Source: Eledone cirrhosa (Eukaryota). Taken from it: 64,000 nucleotides of DNA. The stretch is taken from the NCBI GenBank assembly GCA_964016885.1, contig OZ024745.1, positions 86,242,001 through 86,306,000 of the forward strand. Reading direction: 5' to 3'. Shown here in pieces: positions 62,871-64,000 of this stretch. The position numbers and the translations under genes are program-made. The notes under the pieces were generated by a model that made no database searches, was not told the DNA's origin, and saw nothing but the letters and a program-made list of their open reading frames with translations. How positions within the stretch are numbered: position 1 is the first letter of the stretch; the number at the start of each line of letters is the position of its first letter.

Positions 62871-64000
62871 GCTTCATTTTAATCTACAAAATAAAGGATT
62901 TAAAAATAACCAAGGAAACTCCAAAGTACAGCTTAAAATGCAAAATTTATTCAGAGAAAAAGATTTCGACATAACTGTAATTCTAAAGTAAAACTTGAAA
63001 TACTTCAAGACTGAATTTCTTGAAAATATCTTTCCACTATCACCAGCACAAAAGAAATATTAGACTCTGACAAAAGAAGCTTTGATATTAATGAAATTGA
63101 AGAATTTTGAACAGTTAACTCTTGCCTACGTTTTTGAGATTAAAAAATGGTAGGACTTGAGGCAAATTTAGTTGCCAATTTATGTTGGGGCTCTTCCCTT
63201 ATAGTCTCATAATACAATTAGAGATGCTTTTGGAAGTACCAGAAAATGTACATGAGTAAATTCTAAGACATATATTATGATAAGTTAAATGATTTAACCC
63301 TCATGTTACCATATTTCTAATGAAAGACACTCATTATTATCATCGTTTTTATGTTGGTTTTTCCACACTTGCATGGGTTGGACAACTCCTTCTCGGCACA
63401 GCATCTCTCCACTCGCCTTGTTTCTTCATCATCTCTTCTGTGAGTCTCACTGATTTGAGATCAGCACTCACCACCTCTGCCCAGGTCTTTCTTGGTTCAC
63501 CTCTATTGCGACTTCCTTCCACTGGCATTTCCTGGCACTTCTTCGCCCATTGGTCATCATCCATGCGCATCACATGTCTATGAGTTTTAAATAATTTTGA
63601 AAACAATCAAGAATTTAAGGGGATTTAGTAATATAACTAACGTTTTTGATTATTAAGCTGGTATTAGAAACAGAACTTAAAGGTTCTTACTTAAAACTAT
63701 GATACAATATAAACATTTTAAAACAAACAATTATATATCGTCGAACCAGATAGTTTGGGTGGTTTGGTATCAAAGAGGTTAATAAAATATACCTCAGTTA
63801 GAATACAGAGTTTTATTCTTAGAGATACGTATATTTTATATACATATATGGAGGCATATGGCTTAGTGGTTAGAGCATTGGCCTTGCAATCAAAAGATTG
63901 TGAGTTCAATTCTCAGACCGGGTGATGTGTTGTTTCCTTGAGCAAGATACTTTATTTCGCATTGCTCCAGTTTACTCAGCTGTAGAAATGAGATGATAGG

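Overview
AT-rich eukaryotic genomic DNA; the SINE and LINE repertoire suggests an octopod cephalopod (inference). The window holds the middle of one large + strand gene, a type-I (DysF-containing) ferlin of the myoferlin/dysferlin family. I could splice 21 GT-AG exons in continuous phase (10213-61981; 2691 nt, about 897 codons) covering the end of C2C, FerA, FerB, nested DysF, C2D and the next C2 domain. A candidate 12-nt micro-exon sits at 4186-4197, and both ends of the gene lie outside the window. The introns are packed with mobile elements: a decayed Ty3/Gypsy element with only its 3' LTR, RTE-clade LINEs with a PHD finger inserted inside the RT region, their partner SINEs, CR1/CRE/RTEX fragments, a Penelope-like GIY-YIG element, a piggyBac transposase remnant with many TTAA-flanked MITEs, and Tc1/pogo and foldback MITEs. 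The most notable signals are minimal hammerhead-ribozyme motifs in Penelope-type modules at (TA)n tracts, the PHD-in-RT LINE, the micro-exon, a tandemly amplified splice donor, and several long intronic dsRNA hairpins. All calls were made by eye and no database search was run. TE boundaries are approximate.
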